Below the pieces are notes generated by a model, which made no database searches, had not been told where the DNA came from, and saw only the letters and a program-made list of their open reading frames with translations. A stretch of 63,565 bases of DNA, counting the filler, from Octopus bimaculoides (lineage: Eukaryota), in assembly GCF_001194135.2 (NCBI RefSeq). It is 8 parts of 8 records of this genome, joined end to end, with 100 filler letters (N's around TTAATTAATTAA, not from the genome) between each part and the next. Parts side by side here need not be neighbours in the genome. Positions count along the whole stretch, not along the records: positions 29,543 to 34,225 come from NC_068985.1; positions 34,326 to 43,256 come from NC_069003.1; 6 more parts are not named here. One strand, given 5' to 3'. A program made the position numbers and the translations under genes. Below, one piece after another: positions 29,543 through 42,110 of this stretch. Within the stretch, counting starts at the first letter, position 1. Each line of letters opens with the position of its first letter.

Positions 29543-31201
29543 TATATATATATATATATATATATATAAACATATATATGTGTGTGTGTGTGTGTCTGTG
29601 TGTCTGTGTGTATCTGTGTGTGTATTTGTGCTTGTGTAATACATACATACACACATATATACACATGTAATAGATATTTATGTGTATAACACACACACAC
29701 ACACACGCACATAAATGTATAATGCTAACGGGGACACACAGGAGAGTGTATCAGAATAGAAAAAGAAAGGTCGTGGTGCATAATTAAATGAAAGAATCAC
29801 TTTACAATAATTTCTGTTTTCCAGTGAACGAAAAATTGAATATAAAGTTGTATACATTGGGACTCACTGAAGAAATCTGGTGAAATGATTGTCAGCTTTA
29901 GAAAGGTTTTATCCTGTGAGCAATAATATATTGTCTTTCTGCATATGTCACAGAAGGGATCTTTATATAAAATCTGCCTTGCAAGAATTATTTCGTCAGC
30001 ATTTATTTTTTCTGAATTTGCCAGCTCTCAGGTTATGACGTTGCTTTGGTCTTCCATCAACCAAATATGTTTCGTTATATCAAGATTCAATGTTCTTAGA
30101 CAAAGCGGTACGATTATAAAACTGCATTTCACTTTTATTTCTATTATAATTATGCAGCTTTTCAGACATACTCTAAAATTCTGCTCCTTAGTTTTGTCTC
30201 TCTTTTATATACGAAGCTCTATACATTGCACGATGGGCATTCATTGCACGTGGGCATATGTTAATATCTTTGTATAAAACATCCAACTGAAGTTGTCGGT
30301 TTATGAGATAAAACGCACACGCTACTTGCAGCACAACTGGAAGTAAATATGACTTTCTGTTTATTAAATATTTTTCTCTATAAATCGATATCTATTAAAT
30401 AGTTTCTTGTACCTGGGATAAGAGGTCATGTGCAAATCTACTAATATGAATGTGAATTAAAATTACTTCGACGAAAAGTTTTCTAAAGATGAAGATACAA
30501 GCGTAAAGATGCTTTTTATGTCTTTTCAAAATCTTATGCTTGATTTTTACTTCTTTGTCATATGACTTCAGGTTATCTGTGAATAATATTTGAATCAAGT
30601 TCTTATTAAAATTTTTCTACATATATAACAATTATCCACTTCCGTTTTTGTCTTAATGGTTCTGAGGAGTGTTTATATCGTAAGTGGTTTTGAGAATTCA
30701 AGTAATACAGCTGTGTCAAGTTATGAACATTTGAGTTCTGTGGTGCTGGGTGTAACTTTTGTCTCTTCCGTCTGTCTATCTATCTTTGTCTATCTATCTC
30801 TGTCTATCTCTATTTATCTATCTATCTATACTGAAAACTTTTATGGTCAGTAATTGTGATTGAGTGTGCCAAAGCAGCCATATTGTACGAACAAAAGTTA
30901 AAACTCTTAAGGCTGTATGAAGTGCATGAGCGACTGAAGGATCACTGGACTGGACTAGTTTCGCCTATCAGTCGAAGGCTTGTCAGCAGTGACTACTCTT
31001 TAGCTAAATCGGTCTGTCAGTATAAATATTTACCAGATAAATGTATGGTTGATTTAGCGATATGTTCGTGTTTATATTAAAGATTAATAGATACAGTTAG
31101 GCAATAAAATACCATTAAGGAAAATATTATCGTCACTAGTTGTGATGAGGTTGCGAAATAGTTATATTGCCAGATAAAAACACTTATTGCTGCATGAAGC
31201 G

Positions 31202-31347
31202 CATAATATATGTGTATCCATGCTCTCCCTAGGTCTCTCACATAATACTTGTGTATCGATGCTCTCTCTAGGTCTCTCACATAATACATTTGTATCGATC
31301 TCCCTAGGTCTCTCATATAATATATGTGTATCGATGTTCTCCTTAAG
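31202..31347. repeat. 39-bp minisatellite, about 3.7 copies
   Basis: cataatatatgtgtatcgatgctctccctaggtctctca repeated. Confidence 0.9.
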
Positions 31348-31741
31348 TCTGACGCCGATAAAACAAAGAATAACAGACCATATAGGTTTTATTAATATAC
31401 GGTGTAAATATGACTATTTTGAGTTTTGAAAAACATATTTGACATGAATCAGTATATGAAATATGACACAGTAATCATCTTTCAAAAACATGAGAGCATT
31501 TCTAAAGGACTAAATAAATATCGACATATTACAAAACGTCAGATATTATCAAAGTTTGGTTGGAAATTGCCTTCATATAATGTCTCCTCTTTAAATCGCT
31601 ACGAATATTGAGAAATAATCTCAACTAAACGCCGTCTTCAAATGAGCATATATACCATTCTGTGCAACTTTTCTCAGTTGCATTTTTGAATACACACACA
31701 GTCCAGCACGCGCGCACGCACGCACACAGATATATATATAT

Positions 31742-31813
<72 letters not shown>

Positions 31814-32280
31814 AAATATATGCATATATATTTGTACACATGTGTGTGTGTGTATAATTTATGCAAATGTTAAAACCAATAGTGGCAGGAGGAATCGCGC
31901 GATTATCTCAATTCTGTCAGTAACATTACGGGAGATAATAACATAAGCATTAACCAAGCTAGGTTTATCAGTCGTCGCGTCCATATGTGAGAAAAGGTGC
32001 CGATATTAGCATTAGTGTTTTGGGATAGTTCCAGTAGTAAAAACACGAAATGCAACAAACTGAAGACATAGCGGCATTAGGACTAATGGCTTTGCAAAAC
32101 TGGTGTCTCATAAAACGAAATGCAACCTCAGGATAGCCGATAATTTCTGTCCCTAATTAAACACTTCTAAAGATATAACAAAATACTGTGCTTAGTAGAC
32201 AACAAAACACTAAAATCTATATAGGTTAATCGCTTAAGTTTAGGCCACGATATTTATATCTAGGCCGGTTTGCTTCTGCA

Positions 32281-32915
32281 AAATGCAAAACTTATACCAA
32301 ACTAGCTAGCCACATACACCATCCCAGAATAAGAGCATAGATTTGAGTATTACTTGGTCAATCATTAATAATGGAAGGCTTTATAAGGATGGTGAAGCTC
32401 CATGTGATCTCTCTAGTAAAGAATCTCTTGAGATTTTGAAAATGAAGCAGCTAGCTATGATCCAGGATGTAACTACGCTGCTGAAATATAATTTCAACTG
32501 GTAAAGTTCGCAAGTTGCGACACGTTCTTCCTTCACAATTGGAAAGAACACAGTAGGTTTTTCAGATAGAAAACAAATTAATCTACGAGATCAGACAGAA
32601 ATTGTTAACTTATAAGAGCCTCTAAACAGCTTTTAATTTTGCAACTGAGGAAGATAAACTTTCAGAAAGATAAAAGATATGTTTGCTTTCCATGTGACAT
32701 CATCTGCAGATTCTATTAATAGTCAGAGGGAATCAAGGCAAATCTACAAGATCGATTTACCTCTACGCCTCGCAAATAAAGAAGGCGAAGTCTTGTTTTT
32801 ACAGTCGTTATTTGTTTATGACTTAAAGCTATAGGCTCTTATCAGAAATACCATGTTCCGGTGTACAAGTTTTGGCTTGATTTTAAAAAAAATATCTAAA
32901 CCCGATTTCAAGTAT
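32281..32915 (+). pseudogene. Highly decayed hAT (Ac/ZBED-like) transposase remnant
   Basis: Ordered motifs across frameshifts: KCKTYTKLASHIHHP (32281), MIQDVTT (32457, cf. DVxTRW), EIVNL*EPL..FATE..LS..YV, and LNP(R)FK (32896, cf. LDPRFK), about 146 codons after DVTT. Confidence 0.6.
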
Positions 32916-34325
32916 GTGAGTCTGAATTCACATTGAACAGAGGCAGCTACATAGATAACATCAGGTTGCTGGCATTATGTTCCAAGAGTCACATTGCAAA
33001 GACAATTTGATGTTGAATCATAAAGCCAGCACTATCTAAACAATACGAGCTGCGACATATACACTTAGACATTATTCATTTTATTTCACAATAGTTTTAG
33101 GTTTTGGCAAATAATATTTTACTGTTTAAATGTTATATTTACTCTCAATACTTCACATTTATTTACAATACAAAATGGCCATTCTTTGTTTTCCCCACAG
33201 GTCTTAATCTTCGTTCATCACTTTTATTATTTACAACACCAGTCATTTGAAATACTATAATTTGTTCTGTTATCGTTTGAGCCGCCATATTTAATTAATG
33301 ATAACCAATATAACGAAAGACTGTTTGGAAGCGTTATAAAACACTTGCAAGAATTTGTGCAAATGAGAATGTTTCAACTTATGTTTAAAAATGGGTAAAT
33401 TACTATGTCTTCATAATGAGTAGATGAATACGCTGCGCCCGATAGAGGAGACACATCGATCCTCTCTAAATTTACAATGAAATAGCTACAAAGGAAATAA
33501 AACTGTTTTCCCTTTCACTTTACCCTTACGTCTTAATTTTATACGCTTGAATTACACATGTCATATGTATGATTAAATTATTCGATATACAATTTATATT
33601 AGAAATGTATTTGTAGAATAATGCCCTCATTATACAGCAAACTCTTCTAAACGCTATGGGAAACACTGTAATTTCTTCTCCGAAAATTAAATTTTCAAAT
33701 AGAATCATATATAATTTATTAAACCGGATATACATTCATTAAGAACAAATCTGGGTCATTTAATACTACTGTACATTGTGGACCACACGGGAGTGCTCTG
33801 CTTCTAAGCACACGCGGGCACAAGCACGCATACACAAACACACACAAACACATACACACACATACACACATATATACATATATACGCGCATACATATAAT
33901 GTAGAATGTAAAGATTTACATATGTATATATGATACAAATCTTCGTATTTCTGACGGCGCAAAGAAATTTAAAAATTATTAGCATCTTTTTCTTTTTTTT
34001 GGTGCACTTCTATATTATCCTCTATACGCTTGTAAATCAAATCACTTAATTCTACTTTTAAACATATCAGAAGCTAAGGTGTTAGAAAAGTTGGACATTC
34101 GTAATTTAATGCTATGTTGCCTATTACGGAAACAACAAGGGATCAGTAAAAAAATGAAAGCTATTATCATACGTCTACTCAATTAGACGGGATTTAGGCT
34201 CTAAGATGCAATATATATATATATANNNNNNNNNNNNNNNNNNNNNNNNNNNNNNNNNNNNNNNNNNNNTTAATTAATTAANNNNNNNNNNNNNNNNNNN
34301 NNNNNNNNNNNNNNNNNNNNNNNNN

Positions 34326-34359
<34 letters not shown>

Positions 34360-34701
34360 AAGGAGACCGTCTAGAAGAGTTGCAAAAGATTCCGACGTCG
34401 TCTGGAACCGTAGTTGAAGCCAGTGGCGATTTTATTGAATGAATTTACTCTTTAGTATTTCAAGGAATTTTTATGAAATTTTTGGTAAATACATCTGTTA
34501 AAATGAGATGTCAGTGTTATATTCATTTAGCGTTAGTCGGGTACAGAGTGTAAATATGAAATTAAATATATGAGAAGACAAGGGAATAGGAAATTAGGCA
34601 CTGTTCCCTTGTCTTATACGCGCGCTCATGCACACACACACACAAAGAGACAGACAGACAAGCACACACACTCAAATATATTCATACATACATATATATA
34701 G

Positions 34702-34740
<39 letters not shown>

Positions 34741-35327
34741 TACGAGCTCTCCGTAGAGTCTCTCATGAGCAGAATAAAATATGCATTCAACATAATTTGA
34801 ATTATGGCCTCCCCCACCGCACATATATCTATTACAGATATAGGTTATGTGTGTGTGTGTGCGTGTGTGTGAGTTTTTACCGCACACTCTCACAGATTCA
34901 CACACTTTCACACACATATACAAGTTCACGATTCGTAATTTTTTTCATATTTCTTTTTCTTTTCTTATTTAATATTTCGATTCAACAAACTTTTATTCGT
35001 TGATCGTTAAATTACAAACTATCGTAAAATATATGTAATGAACCATATTTATTTTCGTTTTTGCACAACAACATTCCATTGTTGCTGCTACTGTTATTGT
35101 TCAGCCTTATGTCTGTCTTCATTTAACAGACCTTGGATCACGATCGTCACAATTATAACAGTCCCACCTGTTTATTTTTTCTTCTGTATAAGATAGTATA
35201 TCACGGACTACAGCTTCCAATGTGTCTTTTCATTTAATGACGATAGAGTATGGTTCTAGGAGATTAAGATCCTGTTTCTAGCATAAAAACTATAAAAACT
35301 ATAAAAACTACTAAATGATATAAAACT

Positions 35328-35720
35328 GTTGTTGTGTGTTGGCACTCCGTCGCTTACGACGTCTAGGGTTCCAGTTAATCCGATCAACGGAACAGCCTGC
35401 TCGTGAAATTAACGTGCAAGTGGCTGAGCACTCCACAGACACGTGTACCCTTAACGTAGTTCTCGGGGATATTCAGCATGACACAGAGTGTGACAAGGCT
35501 GACCCTTTGAATTACAGGCACAACAGAAACAGGAAGAAAGCGTAAGAGAAAGTTGTGGTGGAAGAGTACAGCAGGGTTCGCCACCATCCCCTGCCGGAGC
35601 TTCGTGGAGCTTTAGGTGTTTTCGCTCAATAAACACTCACAATGCCCGGTCTGGGAATCGAAACCGCGATCCTATGACCGCGAGTCCGCTGCCATAACCA
35701 CTGGGCCATTGCGCCTTCAT
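35328..35720 (-). mobile_element. SINE family A, full length, with a 29-bp flanking duplication
   Basis: Full head-to-tail match to family A; flanks 35301-35329 and 35721-35749 are near-identical (2 mismatches). Confidence 0.9.
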
Positions 35721-36243
35721 ATAAAACCTACTAAATGATATACAACTGTAGGCACTATCCTAAAAGCAACTGCCAAACTTCCCTCCAATCACGTATAGAT
35801 ATTTTAAAAATGGAAATGAGATACAGCATAATAGCGTTCTAAATAAAAATGGACCCAGTTTTTATAATCGTGGATTAAGCTGTAAGTCAGTTATTGTTAT
35901 GAAAAGTAATGAGAATCTAGCTAAAAGTGATAGGATATGACTCTGGAATACCAAGTGCTAATAGAAGGCTTAGCGGACAAAACCCTCAATGATTCTAGGA
36001 GAAACAGTGAGGATGATGGAGACGAATCATTACCTAAGGAATCAAAATTATGAGAGTATTGATAACGTCACTGGATTCGTTGACCTATAGCAATATTATC
36101 AACGTTTTAAGAGGCCTTAAATGAACGCATTATACTTAAGCAACGTCAGGAAGGAACCAGAACTCAATCTTGCACCTAATTAGTCCCTCTTCAGTCACTT
36201 CCAACTTCTACGAGAAGGGGACATTAGCCATTGGAACGTCATA

Positions 36244-36650
36244 ACTAACTCTTACAGAAAAGTCTTCACCTCTGCTGAAGCATCAGCAAGGAAACGCGAG
36301 TCATTCTTGAAATTAATATGGCCTGACCCTGCAGACGACACCCCAACTTCAGCCAAACCAAAGACTTTTACCTGAAGAGAGTTTTAGCTCTACTAACTCA
36401 TAACGGAAAAACTATTATCTCTACCCTCAGCAAGCGCAAGGAAACGCAACTCGTTCTTCAAACTAATTCGCCCCAATCCTGCGGATGACACCCCACCCCC
36501 CACCTAGCCAAAAGGAAGACTTTAATCAGAAAAGCATCATAGATCTACTAACTCATAACGAAAAAGTATCCATCTTTACCCCTAACATCAGCATGGAAAC
36601 GCGTTTCATTCTTCAAGAAAATCCGTCTCAACCCAGCTGATAACACCCAA
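36244..36650. repeat. Three diverged tandem units of about 150 bp
   Basis: actaactc anchors at 36244, 36392 and 36547 (periods 148 and 155); shared gcaaggaaacgc...ttcttc/gaa...ga(t/c)(g/a)acacc core. Confidence 0.85.
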
Positions 36651-37157
36651 CCTGCTTTCAATGCAATCTCCCTTCAATTACCTCAAACTTCTACCTGACT
36701 TTGACAAGTGGAGTTTCGTATCTCTCCTAACACAAAACAATAAAACCTCGTCTCTCCCCCTATGCTCACCATATCAAGGTCACCTGTCATCTACCATACA
36801 TAAATGAGATTAACAATTGCACAATTAATTCGTTCACATTTTCCCATACTATAATGCTAAGCAATTTAATAAAATATATATTTGTATGTTTTATATAGTG
36901 ATATGCTGTTTAGAGTATTTTCTTTATTTACAGTTACAGTTCAGTGTGGATTGTGTGTATTTCCAATATAGTATAGCAACGAAATATCAGACCCTGCAAT
37001 CAGTTAACTCGGATATTCTTTTGCTATTAAGACTGTTTGACAAAGAGACATCTCTGTGTAGGTCTGCATATGTGTATGCTCTGCATATGTGTAGATCTGC
37101 ATATGTGTATGTATGCTCGCACACAAACACACACTACATAAATTAGGAGACAACTAG

Positions 37158-37201
<44 letters not shown>

Positions 37202-37337
37202 NNNNNNNNNNNNNNNNNNNNNNNNNNNNNNNNNNNNNNNNNNNNNNNNNNNNNNNNNNNNNNNNNNNNNNNNNNNNNNNNNNNNNNNNNNNNNNNNNNN
37301 NNNNNNNNNNNNNNNNNNNNNNNNNNNNNNNNNNNNN

Positions 37338-37420
<83 letters not shown>

Positions 37421-37825
37421 TACACACAGAAATATATCTATACTTGCAAGCATATATATTATCAGACAGACAGATTTATTTTTATATATGTGTGAGTGTC
37501 TGTATGTATATATGGACATGTGTCTTTGTGCGTGTGAGGGGAGAGAAAAAAAAAGTGAGTAAGTGCATGTGTGTGTGTGTGAACTGAGTGAGTGGGCAAC
37601 AAAGAGCAGGGAATTTCGATAACACAGATAATTTAGTACGTTGTACTATAATTATACTGTAAGAATCATAAGGAATGCACATGAAACTATAAACAACAGC
37701 GAATGACCTGAACAGAAGTTAGAAATTAAATAAAATGAAAAAAGATTTGACAGCGCTATCTCAGGTAAACAGTTCAGGGGAAAAAAAACATTATCAGACA
37801 GAACAAACATGCTGTGTAAGCTCAC

Positions 37826-37885
37826 GTTAAACAAATCTATTTGTTGTTGGGGATCGGTAAGATTGGTTAGCAACGAGGTCATTAG
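37826..37885 (-). CDS. Candidate 60-nt micro-exon (LMTSLLTNLTDPQQQIDLFN)
   Basis: Acceptor gtttcccagcgccaccctttacag| and donor AAC|gtgagc; only the phase-0 frame is open. No homology recognised, so it could be chance. Confidence 0.28.
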
Positions 37886-37924
37886 CTGTAAAGGGTGGCG
37901 CTGGGAAACGTATGATATATATGT

Positions 37925-38103
37925 GTATGGGAGAATTTACGAAAAAGACAACAACAGACGAGGACAGGTGGTGTAAACAACAAAAGGATGTATTAGTTTA
38001 ACGCTCGGGAATAGAGAAAGTCTTTAACGTTTCGAGCTACGCTCTTCAACAGAAAGAATAAGGAGAAAACAAGGAGAAAAACACGGAGAAAAAATTTGAA
38101 TCT

Positions 38104-38105
<2 letters not shown>
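37925..38105 (-). mobile_element. Possible Penelope-like terminal repeat
   Basis: Minus strand ctgttgaagagcgtagctcgaaacgttaaag resembles the GA(T)GA...CGAAAC hammerhead-type core typical of PLE termini; not folded or verified. Confidence 0.35.
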
Positions 38106-38167
<62 letters not shown>

Positions 38168-38319
38168 TATAAACAGGCCATGGGATAGGTGTTACTAACA
38201 AACGCACATATTTACATGTATACATATATAAATATATACATGCTTGTTTATATATAATGTACTGATCCCTGATAGAAAATTCAACAAAAAAAGTACTCCA
38301 TCTGGTGAGCGATAAATAT

Positions 38320-38460
38320 TATTATTTAAAGGTCACAATACATGTATTAAAGAGCTACTAATAGTTTCATATGCTGAGAGATCTCAAACGTATTCATCAG
38401 GCGCAAACCACATAGCATAACGTGCTAAAAAACTGAATAAAGAGAAGAAACGCAATGAAG
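38320..38460 (-). mobile_element. Possible second Penelope-like terminal repeat
   Basis: Minus strand ctgatgaatacgtttgagatctctcagcatatgaaactattag carries the CTGATGA...GAAAC hammerhead-like core. Confidence 0.35.
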
Positions 38461-38653
38461 CTGAGAAGGCAGCATATAGAAAACTCAGACAGTAAACAAC
38501 GGAAAACGAAAACGGAAAGTGAAACTAGTGTCAAAAGAGGGGAAAAAAGTGCTATCCTCCTTAGGCCTTAAACGATAAGGCCAGAAAGATATCAAGTCCG
38601 TCAGAAATAGGCGGAATTTTCCAATTCTTCAAAATATATTTATACATATGCAT

Positions 38654-38710
38654 GCAGGAGTGACTGTGTGGTAAATAGCTTGCTTACCAACCACATGGTT
38701 CCGGGTTCAG
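38654..38710 (+). mobile_element. SINE family B head only
   Basis: gcaggagtgactgtgtggtaaatagcttgcttaccaaccacatggttccgggttcag is the reverse complement of the head at 58360-58406. Confidence 0.75.
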
Positions 38711-39569
38711 CTGTACGGATGAAATTCGATTACACCACGCAATTATATACGCAACTTTCCATATAAATACGTTCCTCATGCGGTCTATTGTTCATCCGTC
38801 TTTTTTGTTTATATATGTGTGTGTATGTGTGTGTGTGTGTGTGTGTGTACATGTGTACATATACACACACACACATACACACACATAACCATTTGATTTT
38901 TTTGCCGAGTTATATACAAAAAAGTTAATATCAAACTGCAGGAAATGTTTTATTAAGAGAACATATTCATTTTTACAAGGAATCGATTGACAGTAAGTTC
39001 GAAGACTCGGCTTGCTCGCTATCATCAGACTGATTTACTTTGGTTCTTTCTGGCTTTATGTAATCTCCAACAGTTTGTCCTTTCAATAGATGAATTAGCG
39101 TGAATGATAATTAGGTTTAGTGTTGGTAGTCGGTGGAAATGGTTGTGTAGAAAGCGGGGAAATAGAGGAGAATTGAACGAGAGTATGTGTTTGTACGGTG
39201 TTGGTTGCTAATAAATTATGATGGAGAGAGTTATTCTTGTTTGTATCGAAAATTTTGTTAGCATTATACTGACCAGTCAGGCGTGAAAGTAAAGAAGTAA
39301 ACATATATCTTATTCGTTTTACGATATTCTTTTTGTATATACCGTTGGCTATTGTTGTATATTAGGGTTCACAAAAGAATATTTGCAAATCATAGAGTTT
39401 GATTTGACGCGCAGCATTAGTCAGGCATAGGTTAGAATTCAGTGCTAGTGTCGGTAGCTTTTTTGCCGAGAAATTTTAGCCTGGATACTTTTGGATTGTT
39501 TACGTTGAGAAAATTTGTTTCTATAAACCTTTATGAGAGTTTTATAATCAGTTATTTATTAGAACAAGC

Positions 39570-40035
39570 GTGGAGGCGCAATGGCCCAGTGGTTAGGGCA
39601 GCGGACTAGCGGCCATAGCTAAGTTGGCTAGCTACGTATGGACTTTGAAAGATAACGAAAAAACCGAATGTGATTAAACGGAAATCCATACCATATGTGA
39701 ATGGATCGAATAAATGTAGACTCGTGTTGTGAGTGTTTATTGAGCGAAAACACCTAAAGCTCCACGAGGCTCCGGCAGGGGATGGTGGCGAACCCTGCTG
39801 TACTCTTTCACCACAACTTTCTCTCACTCTTACTTCCTGTTTCTGTTATGCCTGTAATTCAAAGGGTCAGCCTTGTCACACTGTGTCACGCTGAATATCC
39901 CCGAGAACTACGTTAAGGGTACAAGTGTCTGTGGAGTGCTCAGCCACATGCACGTTAATTTCACGAGCAGGCTGTTCCGTTGATCGGATCAACTGGAACC
40001 CTCGACGTCGTAAGCGACGGAGTGCCAACAACAAC
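39570..40035 (+). mobile_element. SINE family A with a 12-bp TSD; the B-box region is replaced by foreign sequence
   Basis: ATTAGAACAAGC at 39558-39569 and 40036-40047; consensus interrupted at about 39619-39723. Confidence 0.9.
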
Positions 40036-40646
40036 ATTAGAACAAGCAGTGTTTTCTTCAGAGAAAAATCTTTGAAAAGTGGATGACTTGGCCAAAATAG
40101 AACATCAACGACAACAGGCCTAACCTGAGTAGGCGCATGTATCCCAGAAAATGAAATGTGCCAAAGAACAGAGTCGTTAATATTTTAGTGCTTTCCTTGA
40201 GTGGCCGTCAGTACCAACCTTGCTAGTCATAAAGGAATATCCTTTGTGAGAATTTTACTGTTTATTCATTTTGTGACAATTTTCTTTAACAGGTCATTCG
40301 CACTCCTGACTCTTACAATATTTTCTATTTTGTTCGTCACACACCTTTTGTGTTCTTTGAACAGCCTTGGTTAATCATCATTATTGTTGTTGTTGTTGTT
40401 ATTATTTAGGTTAACTGTTTTCCCATTGGGGTTGGGTGGAGACATTACTCACAGCTAAAACATACATGCATATATATATTTATATATAATTATATACGAT
40501 CTCTCTTTCGCCCTCTCACTCAATTCTCCACACCACAAACATATATATGAATGTGTATATATATATATATATATTCTTTTATTCGTTTATATGTTTATAT
40601 GTTACACATATATATGTGTATGTATATGCGCATATATGTGAATATA

Positions 40647-40684
<38 letters not shown>

Positions 40685-41334
40685 NNNNNNNNNNNNNNNN
40701 NNNNNNNNNNNNNNNNNNNNNNNNNNNNNNNNNNNNNNNNNNNNNNNNNNNNNNNNNNNNNNNNNNNNNNNNNNNNNNNNNNNNNNNNNNNNNNNNNNNN
40801 NNNNNNNNNNNNNNNNNNNNNNNNNNNNNNNNNNNNNNNNNNNNNNNNNNNNNNNNNNNNNNNNNNNNNNNNNNNNNNNNNNNNNNNNNNNNNNNNNNNN
40901 NNACATTACTCACAGCTAAAACATACATGCATATATATATTTATATATATATACACATATATATAACAATCAATCTATCTAATTTACCCATCTTTCATTC
41001 CTTTTTGAGCGTCCATACACACACACCCATACACACACATACACACACACACCCATACACACACATACACACACACACCCATACACACATACACATATGC
41101 ACACACACGCGCACAAAAAACAATCGATACTGCGATAAATCACACCTATATAATTAGACCAGTCGCTTAACGGTTCGGCAAAAGATAACAAAACAATCAA
41201 AATATCGATAAAATAAGAATTGGACCTATATAGATACTCGTATCAATCTGTTCAACAAGGACCCTTCAAGACGATGCCCTAACAAGGCCACAGTCCCGCG
41301 ACGGAAACAAGTGATATATGTATCGTCTATTTCG

Positions 41335-41672
41335 GTCTAGTTCAAATTGAGGCGAGGTCGAATTTGCCTTTCAACCTTTCGAGGTCCATAAATTAAGTAC
41401 CAGTTCCGTACTGGGGTCGATCTAATCGACTGGCCCCCTCTCCCAAGATTTCGAGCCTTGTGCCTAGAGTAGAAAAGAAATGCTTAACCGGGTGAAATGC
41501 TTAGCCGTATTTCGTCTGTCTTTACGTTCTGAGTTCAAATTCCGCCGAAGTCGACTTTGCCTTTCATTCTTTCGGGGTCGATAAATTGAGTACCAGTTCC
41601 GTACTGGGGTCGATTTAATTGACTGGCCCCTCTCCCAAAATTTCGAGCCCTGTGCTTAGAGTAGAAAAGAAT
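41335..41672 (+). mobile_element. Two tandem SINE family D copies (5'-truncated, then longer)
   Basis: Both units carry ttcaaatt..gccga(g/a)gtcga..ttgcctttc...gtaccagttccgtactggggtcgat...gagcc.tgtgc.tagagtagaaaaga. Confidence 0.8.
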
Positions 41673-41770
41673 ATACGTAAAAGATATCTTTAACGATAAG
41701 AACTATGTTGTAACTATGCCCACGAAGGAATTATACACACTATCTCGAGCGTGTGTGCGTATATATATAT

Positions 41771-41893
41771 ACTCCTTTACTCTTTTACTTGTTTCAGTCA
41801 TTTGACTGCGGCCATGCTGGAGCACCGCCTTTAGTCGAGCAAATCGACCCCAGGACTTATTCTTTGTAAGCCTAGTACTTATTCTATCGGTCT
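41771..41893 (-). mobile_element. SINE family B, 3' fragment
   Basis: Same tail and core sequence as 14631. Confidence 0.85.
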
Positions 41894-42110
41894 GTTTATA
41901 TATATATATATATATANNNNNNNNNNNNNNNNNNNNNNNNNNNNNNNNNNNNNNNNNNNNNNNNNNNNNNNNNNNNNNNNNNNNNNNNNNNNNNNNNNNN
42001 NNNNNNNNNNNNNNNNNNNNNNNNNNNNNNNNNNNNNATATAAAACAAAGTTATGTTATTCCGCACGGGTAGAAATATAGGAAATATAGGTGGGAGAGTG
42101 GACAGGAGTC

